DNA of 64,000 nucleotides from NCBI RefSeq assembly GCF_009914755.1, contig NC_060929.1, one strand, 5' to 3'. The translations under genes and the position numbers were made by a program. Of the stretch, positions 52,059 to 64,000 are shown piece after piece. The stretch is from the human T2T-CHM13v2.0 reference genome, Homo sapiens. How positions within the stretch are numbered: the first letter of the stretch is position 1; each line of letters starts with the position of its first letter. Below the pieces are notes generated by a model. It saw nothing but the letters and a program-made list of their open reading frames with translations. It did not search any database and had not been told where the DNA came from.

Positions 52059-52639
52059 TCATTCACTTTAACTGGAATAAAACACAATAGCAAAGTAATT
52101 TTCTTAATCCCCTGTATGAGTTTCCTTTCGTGCATCACATTTCCATCCCTCGTTTCTTTTGTCTCATTTCATGTCTTCCATTATAGTGGTTTTAATATGC
52201 TTACTCCCCAGTCTCTTATTGGCCCACATTCAAACCATTTACTTAAGTAGCTTTAGTGTGTCTGAGCCTGTGTTATCTCAGCCTGCTCTGTTCACATCAG
52301 TCTTTTATGAGTACCCGTCTTATATCAGAATTCAAAGCAGAAAAATAGGATCAATGTCTGTTGAGGACACTGTGGCTTAGTTTTGCAGTTTCTAGCAACT
52401 AATTGGTCTGTTATACTCATTTGATTAAAACCACAAATCCATTGACAGATATGCTGTTTAATGAAAAAATAATAGGCTAAGCCTGACTGAAATTTCAGAA
52501 GGACTTCTATGTTAGTGAGTCCCAGAATCCAAAATCAAATACCTAGCAACCACAGGATAAGCTACACAACACGTGCTTAGAGAAACTTTAGACAAATTGA
52601 AACCAAGTGAAAGAATTTGCACCCCCCTTACTCTCTTAA

Positions 52640-53181
52640 CAGCTTTCACATTTCCCTCAGTTTGACTAAATTTTAGACTTACTTTTTCCTGATTCTAGGC
52701 ACCTGACATCTCTTTTCCTAGAGCACTTACTCTGAAAAACTTGTAATTCATTCTTTCCCTGCCCCTGCGAGATGTAAATACTTTTAAAGGTCTCTTGCTG
52801 ATTTTACAATTCAGAAATGTCTTTCTCAAATAGCTAGGGGCCATCCCGTGAAAATTCAATCATCAAGGAAAGTAGTACCCCTATTTCCCAGTTTTTGCAA
52901 GAGAATAGGAGCCTAACTTCAGTGGGCTCCTCGCTCTAAGTTGTAAAACTACCTCCTGTCTTGAATATAAAAAAAAATAAAAAAGTTTACTTTTTCTTGG
53001 ATTAAAGCCAGCTGGCAAACACAGGTGGCCTATGATCTTTCTCTTACTCCACCTCCTAAACACTCTACCTGCTTTTGTTTGAGCAGAGTTGAGTTCTGGT
53101 CTTCCTCTTCTATTGCAAATAACCTTGAATAAAGTCGTCCTTGTCTATTTAACTTTGCCTGATGCAGTTTTTGCTTTGACA
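52640..53181 (+). mobile_element. ERV1 solo LTR (MER67/MER31-like)
   Basis: tttgactaaattttagac...ggagcctaacttc...aataaagtcgtcctt...ctttgaca; 5' boundary uncertain. Confidence 0.55.
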
Positions 53182-53759
53182 CCCCAAGGCTGGACAAAAT
53201 TATAAAAATGTTTAAAACTACAAGTTTTACTTTATAGCTTTTTCTGGGACTGGTTCTGGGCTATCAGCCAGGTATTGTAAAGCTGGAAAATAAGAATTCA
53301 AAAAGAGCAAGCATTTCCATTTTCAGTTTACATCAGAAAGTGATTCATATTGAAGATTATTAAGTTGTCATATATTCATGAGAGAAATAATGCTTGAAAA
53401 TAAAATTAAACCAAGAAATTAAATTAAATATTTTGTCACTCTTGATTTTTCTCTAATTATTTCTTGAGAATATATATATATAGGTAATACAGGAAAATGT
53501 TTAGTCTATATCTACATACGGCATTCCATTTATTCTGCTTTTACATAGTAAAATCCAATATCTATTCAATGAAGAAATTTTAAATGATGTTTATATATTA
53601 TCCTTTCTTTGAAATTATAGTCACTACATGCAATATTTGATGCTACTTTATAGTTCACTGTTGACATAGGGATTGCTGATGGGTTTAGAATGCAAAGGCA
53701 ACAGGTAAGGTACTGCCATTACTCAAAAAGTAGAAAGCAAGCAAGGTAGAATGGTGGGA

Positions 53760-54280
53760 AGGGAAGTTAGATGTTGAGTTCAGTTGCTGACAAATTGAGT
53801 TTATGATGCTTATGATTTACCCCAAAAGAGATGTCTGCTATGAGCAAAGACATGAGAAGACAGATTAGGCTTGGAATTGGGCATTTGGTAAGCATCGGGG
53901 GAGGGGGAAAATATTCTACAGAAGAGAGAACTTGAAGTCTTCAGATGGAAAAAGATGAAAGAGAGAAGAGATTAATATATTCTAGAGAGCAGAGAGAATT
54001 TAACTGAGCAAGGTCGCAAAGAAGATCATCACGAAGATTCATAATAGAATGAAAGGACTAGGTTAGTAGATGACCCTGAAAAAGAAGGGGCCTCTTTGCC
54101 ACTGAGATGAGATGAAATAATAGATATATGTTAATTTGTAAATGGGAGGTAAAGTGGTGTAAATGAAAGCTGAGAATGATCCTATTTAATAATCTGTCTT
54201 TTCTCTCTGAAGTAAGAAGTAATACCATCCATGGCAAATAATATTAGGATGCAAAGCACAATAGAAGCTTCTAGATGTCT
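53760..54280 (+). mobile_element. Possible L2 remnants
   Basis: Purine-rich gttgagttcagttg...ttgagttt...ttgggcatt pattern; very decayed. Confidence 0.35.
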
Positions 54281-54648
54281 GCTCCATTATGGAGACAGCT
54301 CTAACCAAACCAGTTTCGGCATAGGGCTGTGCAAGTCATTTGTGATCAGGCATTGCTTTGTAACATTATGTCAGTTCATCACTTTCTAAATCACTAACAC
54401 AGCTGTCACTGTCCTGCATAAAAATCTCAGAGTTGGTGAGTCACTTTCATCATGTGTTGTGGTGACAATTTGAACACTCTCTATTGTATGCTTTTACTGC
54501 TTTATTGACTGTATGTAAGCACTGGCTGGCAGGGGTGGAGTATACTTCTGTATAACTGGTGTTAAGCTTGACTCTCTAAACACCTCCTCAATAAGATACC
54601 TTGTGAAAAATTGAATTGTTTTAATAAAATTGACTAATTCCACATCTG

Positions 54649-57600
54649 CAGACATATCTTCCTTACTGTGCTTCACTTTATCATGCTTTGCAAGTTTTGC
54701 AATTTTTACAGATTGAAGGTTTGTGGCACAAACCTGTGTTGAACAACTCTATCAGTGCCATTTTTCCAACAGCATAGGTTCCCTTTGTGTCTCTGTGTCA
54801 CATTTTGGTAATTCTCACAATATTTCAAAATTCTTCATTATTATCTGTTCTGGTGATCTGTCGTCAGTGCTCTTTGACGTGACTATTAAAATTTCTTCTG
54901 CAGTTTCCTCACCTCTCTTAGCCTTCAAAAAATTAAAGAGAGTTTGAGCCTTGCCCTGGGTTAGGCTTTGGCTTAAGGGAATGTGGTGGCTGGTTCGATC
55001 TTCTATCTAGAACACTCAAACTGTCTCTATATCATTAATAAGGCTGTTTTGCTTTCTTATCATTTGTGTGTTCACTGGAGTAGCACTTTTAATTTCTTTC
55101 AAAAGCTAATTCTTTTTGCATTGACAACTTGGCTGTTTGGTGCGGGAGGCTTAGCTTTCAGCCTATCTTCACTTTTTGACATGCCTTCTTCACTAAGCTC
55201 AAACATTTCTAGCTCTTGATTTAAAGTGAGAGATGTGTGACTCTTCTTTTCACTTGAACACATAGAGGCCATTGTAGGGTTATTAATTGGCCTATTTTCA
55301 ATATTGTTGTGTCTCAGGGAATAGAGAGACCCGAGGACAGGGAGATAGATGGGGGAATGCCCTGTCATGGAGCAGTCAGAACACACACAGTATTTGTTTA
55401 TTGTTTGCCATCTTAGAGTTGTATGTTTCAAATAAGGCAAAACAGCCTTATTAATGATATGGAGAAAGTTTGAGTGTGAAGGCTAAGAGAGGTGAGGAAA
55501 CTGCAGAAGAAATGTTTGAAGGTCTTTGCCTAAACCAATGTCTAGAAGGTAACAGATATTGGTTATTGAGGTTTAAAGAAATAAGCCATCTTCCTACATA
55601 GAAGTGCAATATGAAGCAGCAAGTGCGTGGAAGCTGCAGCAGGCTACTCAGAAGATCTAGCTTAGATCATTGATGAAGGTGCCTAAACTAAACAACAGAT
55701 TTTCTTTTCTTTTTTTAACATCTAATAATTCATTTTTTTTTATTTCAATAGGTTTTTTGGAATCAGGTGGTGTTTGGTTACATGAATAAGTTCCTTAGTA
55801 GTGATTTTGGAGATTTGGGTACATCCATCACCTGAGCAAACTACACTGTACCCAATGTGTAGTCTTTCATCCCTCACCCCTCTCCCACCCTTTCCCCCAG
55901 GTCTGCAAAGTCCATTGTATCATTCTTATGCCTTTGCGTCCTTATAGCTTAGTTCCCACCTATGAGTAAGAACATATAGTGTTTGGTTTTTCCATTCCTG
56001 AGTTACTTCACTTAGAACAATTGTCTCCAATTCCATTCAGATTCCTGCAAATGCCATTATTTTGTTCCTTGTTATGGCTAAGTAGTATTCCATGGTATGT
56101 ATATACCACAATTTCCTTATCCACTCATTGATTGATGGGCATTTGGGCTGGTTTCACAATTTTGCAACTGAGAACTGTGCTGCTATAAACATGCATGTAC
56201 AACTATCTTTTTTGTACAATGACTTCTTTTCCTCTGGATAGATATCCAGTAATGGGATTGCTGGATCAAATAGTAGTTCTAATTTTGTTCTTTAAGAAAT
56301 ATCTACACAGTTTTCCATAGTGGTTGTACTAGTTTACCTTCCCACCAGCAGTGTAAAAGTGATCCCTTTTCACAATATCTATGCCAACATCTATTTTTTT
56401 TTATTTTTTGATTATGGCAATTCTCACCAGAGTAAGGTGAGTGTTATTTGCATTTCCCTGATTATGAATGATGTTGAGCATTTTTTCATATGCTTATTGG
56501 CCATTTGTATATCTTCTTTTGAGAATTGTCTATTCATGTCCTTAGCCCACTTTTTAATGTATTGTTTGTTTTTTCTTGCTGATTTGTTTGAGTTATTGGC
56601 AGCTTCTGGATATTATTCATTTGTCAAATGTATAGACGGCAAAAATTTTTCCCACTCTCTGGGTTGTCTGTTTCCTCTGCTGATTGTTTCTTTTGGTGTG
56701 CAGAAGCTTTTTAGTTTACTTAAATCCCATTTATTTATCTTTGTTATTGTTGCATTTGCTTTTGGGTTCTTGGCCATAAGGTCTTTGCCTAAGCCAATGT
56801 CTAGAAGGGTTTTTCCAATGTTATTTTCCAGAATTTTTATAGTTTCAGGTCTTAGATTTGAGTCCCTGATCCATTTGAGTTGATTTTTTTAGAGACACGA
56901 GGATCCAGTTTCAGTCTTCTACATGTGGCTTGCCAATTATCTCAACACCATTTGTTGGATAGGTTGTTCTTTCCCCACTTTATGTTCCTGTTTGCTTTGT
57001 TGAAGATCAGTTGGCTGTAAGTATTTGGCTTTATGGGTTCTCTATTCTGTTTCATTGGTCTATGTGTCTATTTTTATACCAGTACCATGTTGTTTTGGTG
57101 ACTATGGCCTTACAGTATAATTTGAAATCAGGTAATGGGATGCCTCCAGATTTGTTATTTTTGCTTAGTCTTGTTTTGGCTATGCAGGCTCTTTTTTGGT
57201 TCCATATGAATTTTAGGATTGTGTTTTCTAGTTATGTGAAGAATAATGTTGGTATTTTAATGGAAATTGCATTGGATTTGTAGATTGCTTTTGGCACTAT
57301 GGTCATTTTCACTATATTGATTCTACCCATCCATGAGCATAGGATGTGTCTCCATTTGTTAGTGTCATACAGGACTTCTTTCAGCAGTGTTTTGTAGTTT
57401 TCCGTGGAGAGGTCTTTCACCTCCTTTGTTAGGTACACGCCTAAGTATTTTGGAGTTTTTTTTTTTTTTTTTTTTTTACAGCTATTGCAAAAGGGGTTGA
57501 GTTCTTAATTTGATTCTCAGCTTGATTGCTATTGATATATAGCTGAGCTACTGATTTGTGAATATTTATTTTGTATCCTGAAACTTTGCTGAATTAATTT

Positions 57601-59083
57601 ATCAGTTCTAGGAGCTTTATGGAGTAGTCTTTAGGATTTTCTATGCATACAATTGTGTCATCAGCAAACAATAATAGTTTGACTTCCTCTTTACCAATTT
57701 TTATGCCATTTATTTCTTTCTCTTGCCTGATTGCTCTGGCTAGGATTTCCAGTACTATATTGAATAGAAGTGGTAAGAGTGGGCATCCTCATCGTGTTCC
57801 AGTTCTCAGGGGGAATGCTTTCAACTTTTCCCTATTCAATATAATGTTGGCTGTGGGTTTGTCATAGCTGGCTTTTATTACATTAAGATAAACAACAGAT
57901 TTTCAATGTAGACAAAACAGCCTTCTATTGAAAAAGATGTCATCTAATACTGTACTAGCTATAAAGAAGTCAATGCCTACCTTCAAAATTTCAAAGGGAA
58001 GGCTGACTCTCTTGTTAGAGGTAGCCAGCATCTTTAAATTGAAGCCAATGCTCATTTACCTTTCTGATTTTTCATAAAGAATTTCATAATTTCATGAATT
58101 TCATAATTCTTTAGGGTCCTAAAGAAGTATGCTACATCTACTCTGCTTGTGCTCTACAAATGGCACAACAAAGCCTGGATGACAACACATAAACAGAAAA
58201 AGCTCTTGGTTTCTGAATATTTTAAGTCCATTGTTGAGACCTACTGTTCAGATAGTTTCCTTTCAAAATGTTACTGCTCATTGACAATGCACTGAGTCAC
58301 CCAAGGGCTCTAATGGAGTCACCCTCATGAATGATTTTGAGACGTTCAACATTTCAGTGAAGGAAGTAACTATAGATGTGGTAGAAACAGCAAAAGAATT
58401 AGAATTAGAAATGGAGCCTGAAGATGTGACTGAATTTCTATAATCTCATGATTAAACTTGAAGGAATAGGAGCTGCTTCTTATGCACAAGCAAAGAAAGT
58501 GGTTTCTTGAGATGGGTCTACTCCTGGTGAAGATGCTTTCAACATTGTTGAGATAACAAAGGATTTAGAATATTTCATAAATGTAGTTGGTAAAATAGCA
58601 GCAGCAGGGAGTCAGAGGATTGACTCTAATTTTGAAAGTAGTTCTACCATATGTCAAATGCTTATCAAACAGCATCACATGCTGCAGAGAAATCTTTCCT
58701 GAAACAGTCAATCAGTGTAGCAAACTTGATTGTTGTCTTGTTTTATGAAACTGTCACAGCAACCCCCGCCTTCAGCAACCAACCACCACCTTAATTATTC
58801 AGCAGCCATCAACACTGAGGCAAGAACCTTGACTATCAAAAAGATTACAACTCCCTGAGGGCTGAGATGATTCTTAATATTATTTTAACAATAAACTATT
58901 TTTAATTAAGTTTACCCACTTTTAGAAATAATACTGCATATTTAGTAGACTACAGTGTAGTGTAAACATTAACTTTTATAGGCACTGGGAAACCAAAAAC
59001 ACTTGTGTGCCTTACTTTATCACAATATTTGCTTTGTTGCAGTGATCTGGAACCAGACCCACAGTATCTCTGAGGTATGCCTG
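54649..59083 (+). mobile_element. Tigger1 DNA transposon with internal inversion, internal deletion and nested L1
   Basis: Termini cagacatatcttcc ... tgaggtatgcctg(ta). Transposase remnants (LELEMEPEDVTE at ~58400; minus-strand CSSEKKSHTSLTLNQELEMFELSEEGMSK in ORF 55099-55440). Confidence 0.88.
55705..57888 (-). mobile_element. 5'-truncated L1PB1-like element with 16-bp TSD
   Basis: TSD taaacaacagattttc at 55689-55704 and 57889-57904; 3'UTR ggtggtgtttggttacatgaataagttc. Confidence 0.88.
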
Positions 59084-60374
59084 TATTTACAGAAACCCAT
59101 GGGCCTCTGAGAATAAATATTGACAGAGTACCTCTCTTTTTCTATCTCCCATTGCTCAATCATTTTTGGAGCTCACAATAGTTCTTTGCATTAAGTAAAG
59201 GGTCAATAAATGTTTCTGGAAGATGACTGTATTGTCTTTGACTTTTTGTTTAAATCTTGTATTGCTTTACTTTTAAACTTTTCATATATTTATGCTTTAT
59301 TTCACCAGTTAGATTTTAAGTTTTTGAGGAGAGTAACTCTAGTTACAACATTCCATATTAAAGCCTGAATTGACTTAAAAAGAAAACTCTGGAAGAGGCA
59401 TTTTGTAAGAAAATCACATTACATAATTCATCCCATGGCTAGCCAAAAATGGTTTGAGAATTATAAGCACAACTGAAATATTTTTAATCGAAATTATGTA
59501 ATAAGTATAAGAACATATCAATTTTTTCAGATTTGATTTTTAAATTTTATTTTGAAGCAGTCTTACTGATATTCATGGGAGGAGATGCTAGTACTAATAG
59601 TAGAACATGTTAATATTTTTAGTATATACAGAATTCATGCTCATCAGTGAGAAGACAATCTTGTAAAAATTTTGAAGTTTTTTATTTTTTAGTACATTTT
59701 TCCAAATTCTTTTTATGGATGACAATATAAATAGCTATTCGGTATCTTAAAATAAACTATAGAATAGTACAAAAATTTGCTTTTGGTCAATATCTACAGT
59801 GAAACTTGTGAAATGAGAAACATGTGCTATTCTATTCCCAACCTAGAAAGGAAGTGAAAATAGTAAAAACTGCATCCACAAAGTAATTCTCATTCGTTAC
59901 TAGTTTTTCTTTTAACTGGAAATCTTTTCCAATGATCTGCAATGAGAAAAGAATTCTTGCAAAATTAGTAGGAGTATGGGAACAAAGAAAATGAACAACT
60001 GTAAATGCAAATGCAATTTTTACTCCATCAAGAACAGAAAAAAAGTTTAGCAAACAAAGCACCTTATTGTCTTAGTATTATAAAAGCAACACCACCACCT
60101 TCTGGTAAAAATAGAAATTGCAATCCCAGAAAGACAGGACATTTGACACATTTTTTTCTTTTTTTCTTTTTTCTTTTTTTATTTGTTGATGGTCCAAAAC
60201 TTAGTGAACATTTTCTTTTCTTGAGAATATCACATTTTTATGTCTAGGGCCTCAAATTTGTTCAATTGCTTTATTAAATATGATTTTTAGGATTAAAAGA
60301 GATACTGTATAATACCCATGACTAAAAGTTGTGGGTTGTGTTCCTTTTAATCTATAAAGTGAACTTCAGCATAT

Positions 60375-60575
60375 ACTAGTGAAAAGCGAAAGCCTGAACT
60401 TTGGAGCCACAGATACCTGGATTCAAATTCTATCTCTGATTCTACCTTTGTGGCCTTGACAAATTAATTTTCCTGGGTTTCAGTTGTTTCACTTGCAAAA
60501 CAATAGTGGTGTCGTGAGCATAAAATGCGTGATACATCTAGTACATTTTGTCACACCGAGTAGATAAGCAGTAAC
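60375..60575 (+). mobile_element. MIR SINE remnant
   Basis: tttggagccacagatacctggattcaaattct...gtggccttgacaaattaa...tttcagttgtttcacttgcaaaa core-like sequence. Confidence 0.6.
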
Positions 60576-60720
60576 TGATAACTACCTTATTTTCCTTAGA
60601 ATTACCTGATTTCTGCTATACTTTTTTTGAAAGTGTTTTCATGGATAATGTTATTCAACATGGTTTTACTGCTTTTAATTAATTTTCAGACCTTCAAATC
60701 ACCTGTCAAAGATACCTGGT

Positions 60721-60880
60721 AGCTGGGCGTGGTGGAGCATACCTGTAGTCCTAGCTATTGGTGAGGCAGAGGCAGGTGGATTGCTTGAGCCCAGGAGTTC
60801 TAGTCTGCAGTGAACGATGAGGGTGCCACTGCACTCCAGACTGGTGTCAAAGTGAGACCATTTCTCAATAAATAAATAAA
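60721..60880 (+). mobile_element. Alu monomer (FRAM/FAM-like)
   Basis: Single right-arm-like monomer with (TAAA)n tail. Confidence 0.75.
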
Positions 60881-62847
60881 GACACATGGTAATTATCAAT
60901 ACATTATTTACTTATATAAAAGGAAAGCCAATAATAGATTTATTTGATCTTACCAGGCCCCAGACAGGATGTATATAGGACAAGGAAAAGAGAGGGAAGA
61001 AGGAAAAAATTTGAACATATCTGATATTGTGATTTATGTTCCCTTTCCTTGGGTAAGCTTTGCTGACAACAGTCAGAGACCAGTCAAAATATTGTGTCAT
61101 TGTGCAGCCAGATAGATCAGTTGTTTCCATATTACTAGCAAAGTATGTCCTAGGATGTCTTTTTTTATGTCTGAGTAGAGTGTCTTTAGCACCTGTACCT
61201 AGTTATGCCAGATCTGCCCCATTTTCCTTATCAGAATTTCTCATATTACTACCACCGTATATTGCCTGTACTCTGCCAAACTACTTCTGGATCTATTCAT
61301 GAAATATCCAGTAGTGTCATGTTCATACTATTACTGAAGTAGCTCACCAATGCAGAGAAAGAAGGAATTTACCAAGCGGTGTTCTCTAATTTGTTGTTGT
61401 GGTTATTTCTGAAAGGAAGAGCCCTGGGCAAAATTTAAAAACAAAGAAATTTCTCTTTACTGTTTCCCAATTTTCGGACACACTTTTGTCCCCAATTAAC
61501 CTCATCCATCCCAAAGAGCACATGCTTCCATATTTTCAGATGAAGCCCGAGTAATGTCTTAACCTCAAAATTACCCCATTAATTTTCATGTCTTTTATTT
61601 TCAAAACTAAATGTTTATTCTCTGAGACTAAAGTTAGAAATAAGAAATCATCATTAAATCACTGACAACAGAAAGTGAGTCATGTCTGCCTCCTGCACTG
61701 CATCTTCTTCAATGCGATAGTTTATATTCAGCAGTTTGCAATCCTAACTTAACTTTAGAATCACCTGGGAAACTTTTAACAAGTTAATTTCATTTGTCCT
61801 GGATGGAGCTTGAGCATTGTTAATTTTAAATATTCCACGAGTGACTTCAATTATAGCCATTGTTGCCAATCCTCAACCCAAACCCTAGTTAATAAATTTC
61901 ACGAGGTAAGGAATAAGTTTTTTCATAGGTTTGGAAGGGAGAATTGTACTAAAATTATGTTTATTTTCTCTGTATAAGTAAAGCAAGAATACAAAGATAG
62001 TAAAGTAACTGGAAGAGGTGGGGCTGATAGGATTCAATCTATAAAGGGCCTTATTTTTATCCCATTGCTATCTTCCGGTATATTTTGTAGGCTCTACCTT
62101 CCCCACTCCCTTGACAACAATCTAAAATTTCATAGCTATATGACAATTTTAGGCATTAGAAAAGTCTCATTTCTCTTATAACCCCAAATTAGAACTCACT
62201 CATGAAAAAGGTACCAATAAGGGAAGAGAGGGTAGTTCTTCATTAGTCTGTTTTGTTTTCTGTGCTCTTAGCATCAGGAAAAGGATGAAAGAAATATAGG
62301 AAGAGGGACAAAATCCTTACCTGACCAAGGCCTACACCATCTTCTCTTGGCAGACCCTGGCTGACTTCCATGCGCTCCGTTATGGCATGGCTTCGAAGAC
62401 TGCTTCATTTATGAGGTGCAATATTAGGTCCATGTTTACCTCTGACCTGATCAATTCCCAGAAAGATTGACGCTCTTACAGAACTATCCTCCTTTGTTCC
62501 TTAATTTAGTAGGAAGGACCTCACAGCAAGGAGCACCTGAGGCAGAGTTCCATCAAGTATAGTAATGCCTCATGGCATCTTATTGCATGGGAAATTCTCA
62601 TCCTCAGATGTTAGGAATGCAGCTATTCCTGTAAGACTCCCTCTCTTTGCAGTAGGGGCCCTAGGCTTAAGACAGTAACCCATTTCAAAGTTCCTTTACA
62701 CTTCAACATATTGGGAATGAGATGCAGTCCATTCTGATTGGACTGCAATTCAACAAGCATCCAACTAGAAACATCTTATCAGCCTCCTCTCTTACACCTT
62801 CATCACTAGGGCTTTCTCATTCAACTTGGTGGAACCCATCAACAGCT

Positions 62848-62880
62848 GTTTTGTTGTTGTTGTTGTTGTTGTTTGTTTTT
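62848..62880. repeat. (GTT)n microsatellite
   Basis: About 7 GTT units. Confidence 0.85.
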
Positions 62881-63224
62881 TCTTAAATGGCTTATTTTTA
62901 AAAATATCATTGTTTCTAATATTATGTTCTAAAATTTTCAAATTGGTGTTATTAGGGAAAAAATACATTATCACAAAATGCACCATTTTTAAGTACACAG
63001 TTCAATGATTTAAAAAAAGACACTAACATTGCCATCACTGTTGTGCCCTTCTCCAATAAAGCATTAGCCATATCGCCAGAGAGCGCTAGTTTTGTTTTTT
63101 TGTTTGTTTGTTTGTTTTTTTAATAAAGAATAGTTTTTGTTTGGAAAGCAACATCTGTCTGCTTACATGTGCTCACTACTGCTGGATTACCAGTATCTCT
63201 AACCTCTTCAACAAACAGAATCTA

Positions 63225-64000
63225 TTCCATCTTTTCATGCATTTATTTGCCATACGTGTATCTTTTTTGGAGAAATGTCAATTCGGATGCTTTGCCCGTG
63301 TATTCATTGGCCCATTTATCTTTTTATTGTTGAGTTGTAACAGTTCTTTATATATTCTGGACGCAAATGAGTCCCTTATCACATATATAATTTGAAAATA
63401 TTTTCTCCTGCTTTTGGGTTACCTTTTTATTTTTTATGGTATTGTTTACAGCATAAAGTGTTTAATGTTAAGTCAAATGTTTCCATTTTTTAATGTTGTC
63501 ATTGTGCTTCTGGTGTCGTATCTGAGAAACCATTGTCTAATCCAAGATCATCAAGATTTACCTTTTTTTCCTTCTAAATGTTTTAGAAGAAATATTTACA
63601 AACTTTAGCCCTTACATTTAAACTTATGGTTTATTTTGAATTTAGTTTTATATAGACGTGAGGTAGGGGTTTAACTTCGTTTTTTTGCATATGGATAAAT
63701 TATCATTTAAATCAGTTAAGATAAATATGAGAAAATATATGTTTATATAGTCTTTCATATTCACCCATGTACTTACCTTTTCTAGTGCTCTTTATTTGTT
63801 CATGTGAATTAGTTACAATCTAGCGTCATTTCTTTTCAGCCTTTTCAGTACGTCATTTCATTTCTTTCAGAACTTACTTGAGTGTTTCTTGTAAGGCAGG
63901 TTTGATAGGAGGAAATTCTTTCAGTCTTAGTTTATCTAGGAATGTCATTTCACCATCACTTTTGAAGCATATAGTTGCTAAATATATATTTTATATTCGT
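63225..64000 (-). mobile_element. Old L1M fragments (two non-contiguous pieces, junction ~63710); continues off the right edge
   Basis: catcttttcatgcatttatttgccat...ttggagaaatgtc; tcttgtaaggcaggtttg...aatgtcatttcaccatcacttttgaag. Confidence 0.7.

Noticed and set aside
56320-56883. 187-aa hydrophobic ORF resembling a membrane protein
   Set aside because: Antisense reading of A-rich L1 ORF2; hydrophobicity comes from T-rich codons

Overview
Human (primate) nuclear DNA that is AT-rich and dominated by interspersed repeats. I can support no host protein-coding gene, RNA gene or CRISPR array. All informative ORFs come from LINE-1, ERV or Alu elements. Human origin is inferred from an AluYa5-lineage element (13152-13445) and a pre-Ta-type L1HS (25568-30928). 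That L1HS has an intact ORF1 and ORF0 but a broken ORF2 with an in-frame ~702-bp deletion. The window also holds nested L1s of many ages, THE1/MLT/LTR10/MER61/MER67-like LTR elements, Tigger1/Tigger3/MER58/MADE1 DNA transposon fossils and about ten Alus. I found no new gene system. The most unusual signal is a set of local rearrangement scars readable from the sequence: a ~500-bp insertion stitched from three nearby templates (34914-35429), an inversion with templated patches in Tigger1 (54888-55549), a displaced copy of an L1 5' end plus flank (32021-32222), a micro-inversion in Tigger3, and several microhomology-type internal deletions. Repeat subfamily names come from recalled consensus features and need RepeatMasker/Dfam confirmation.
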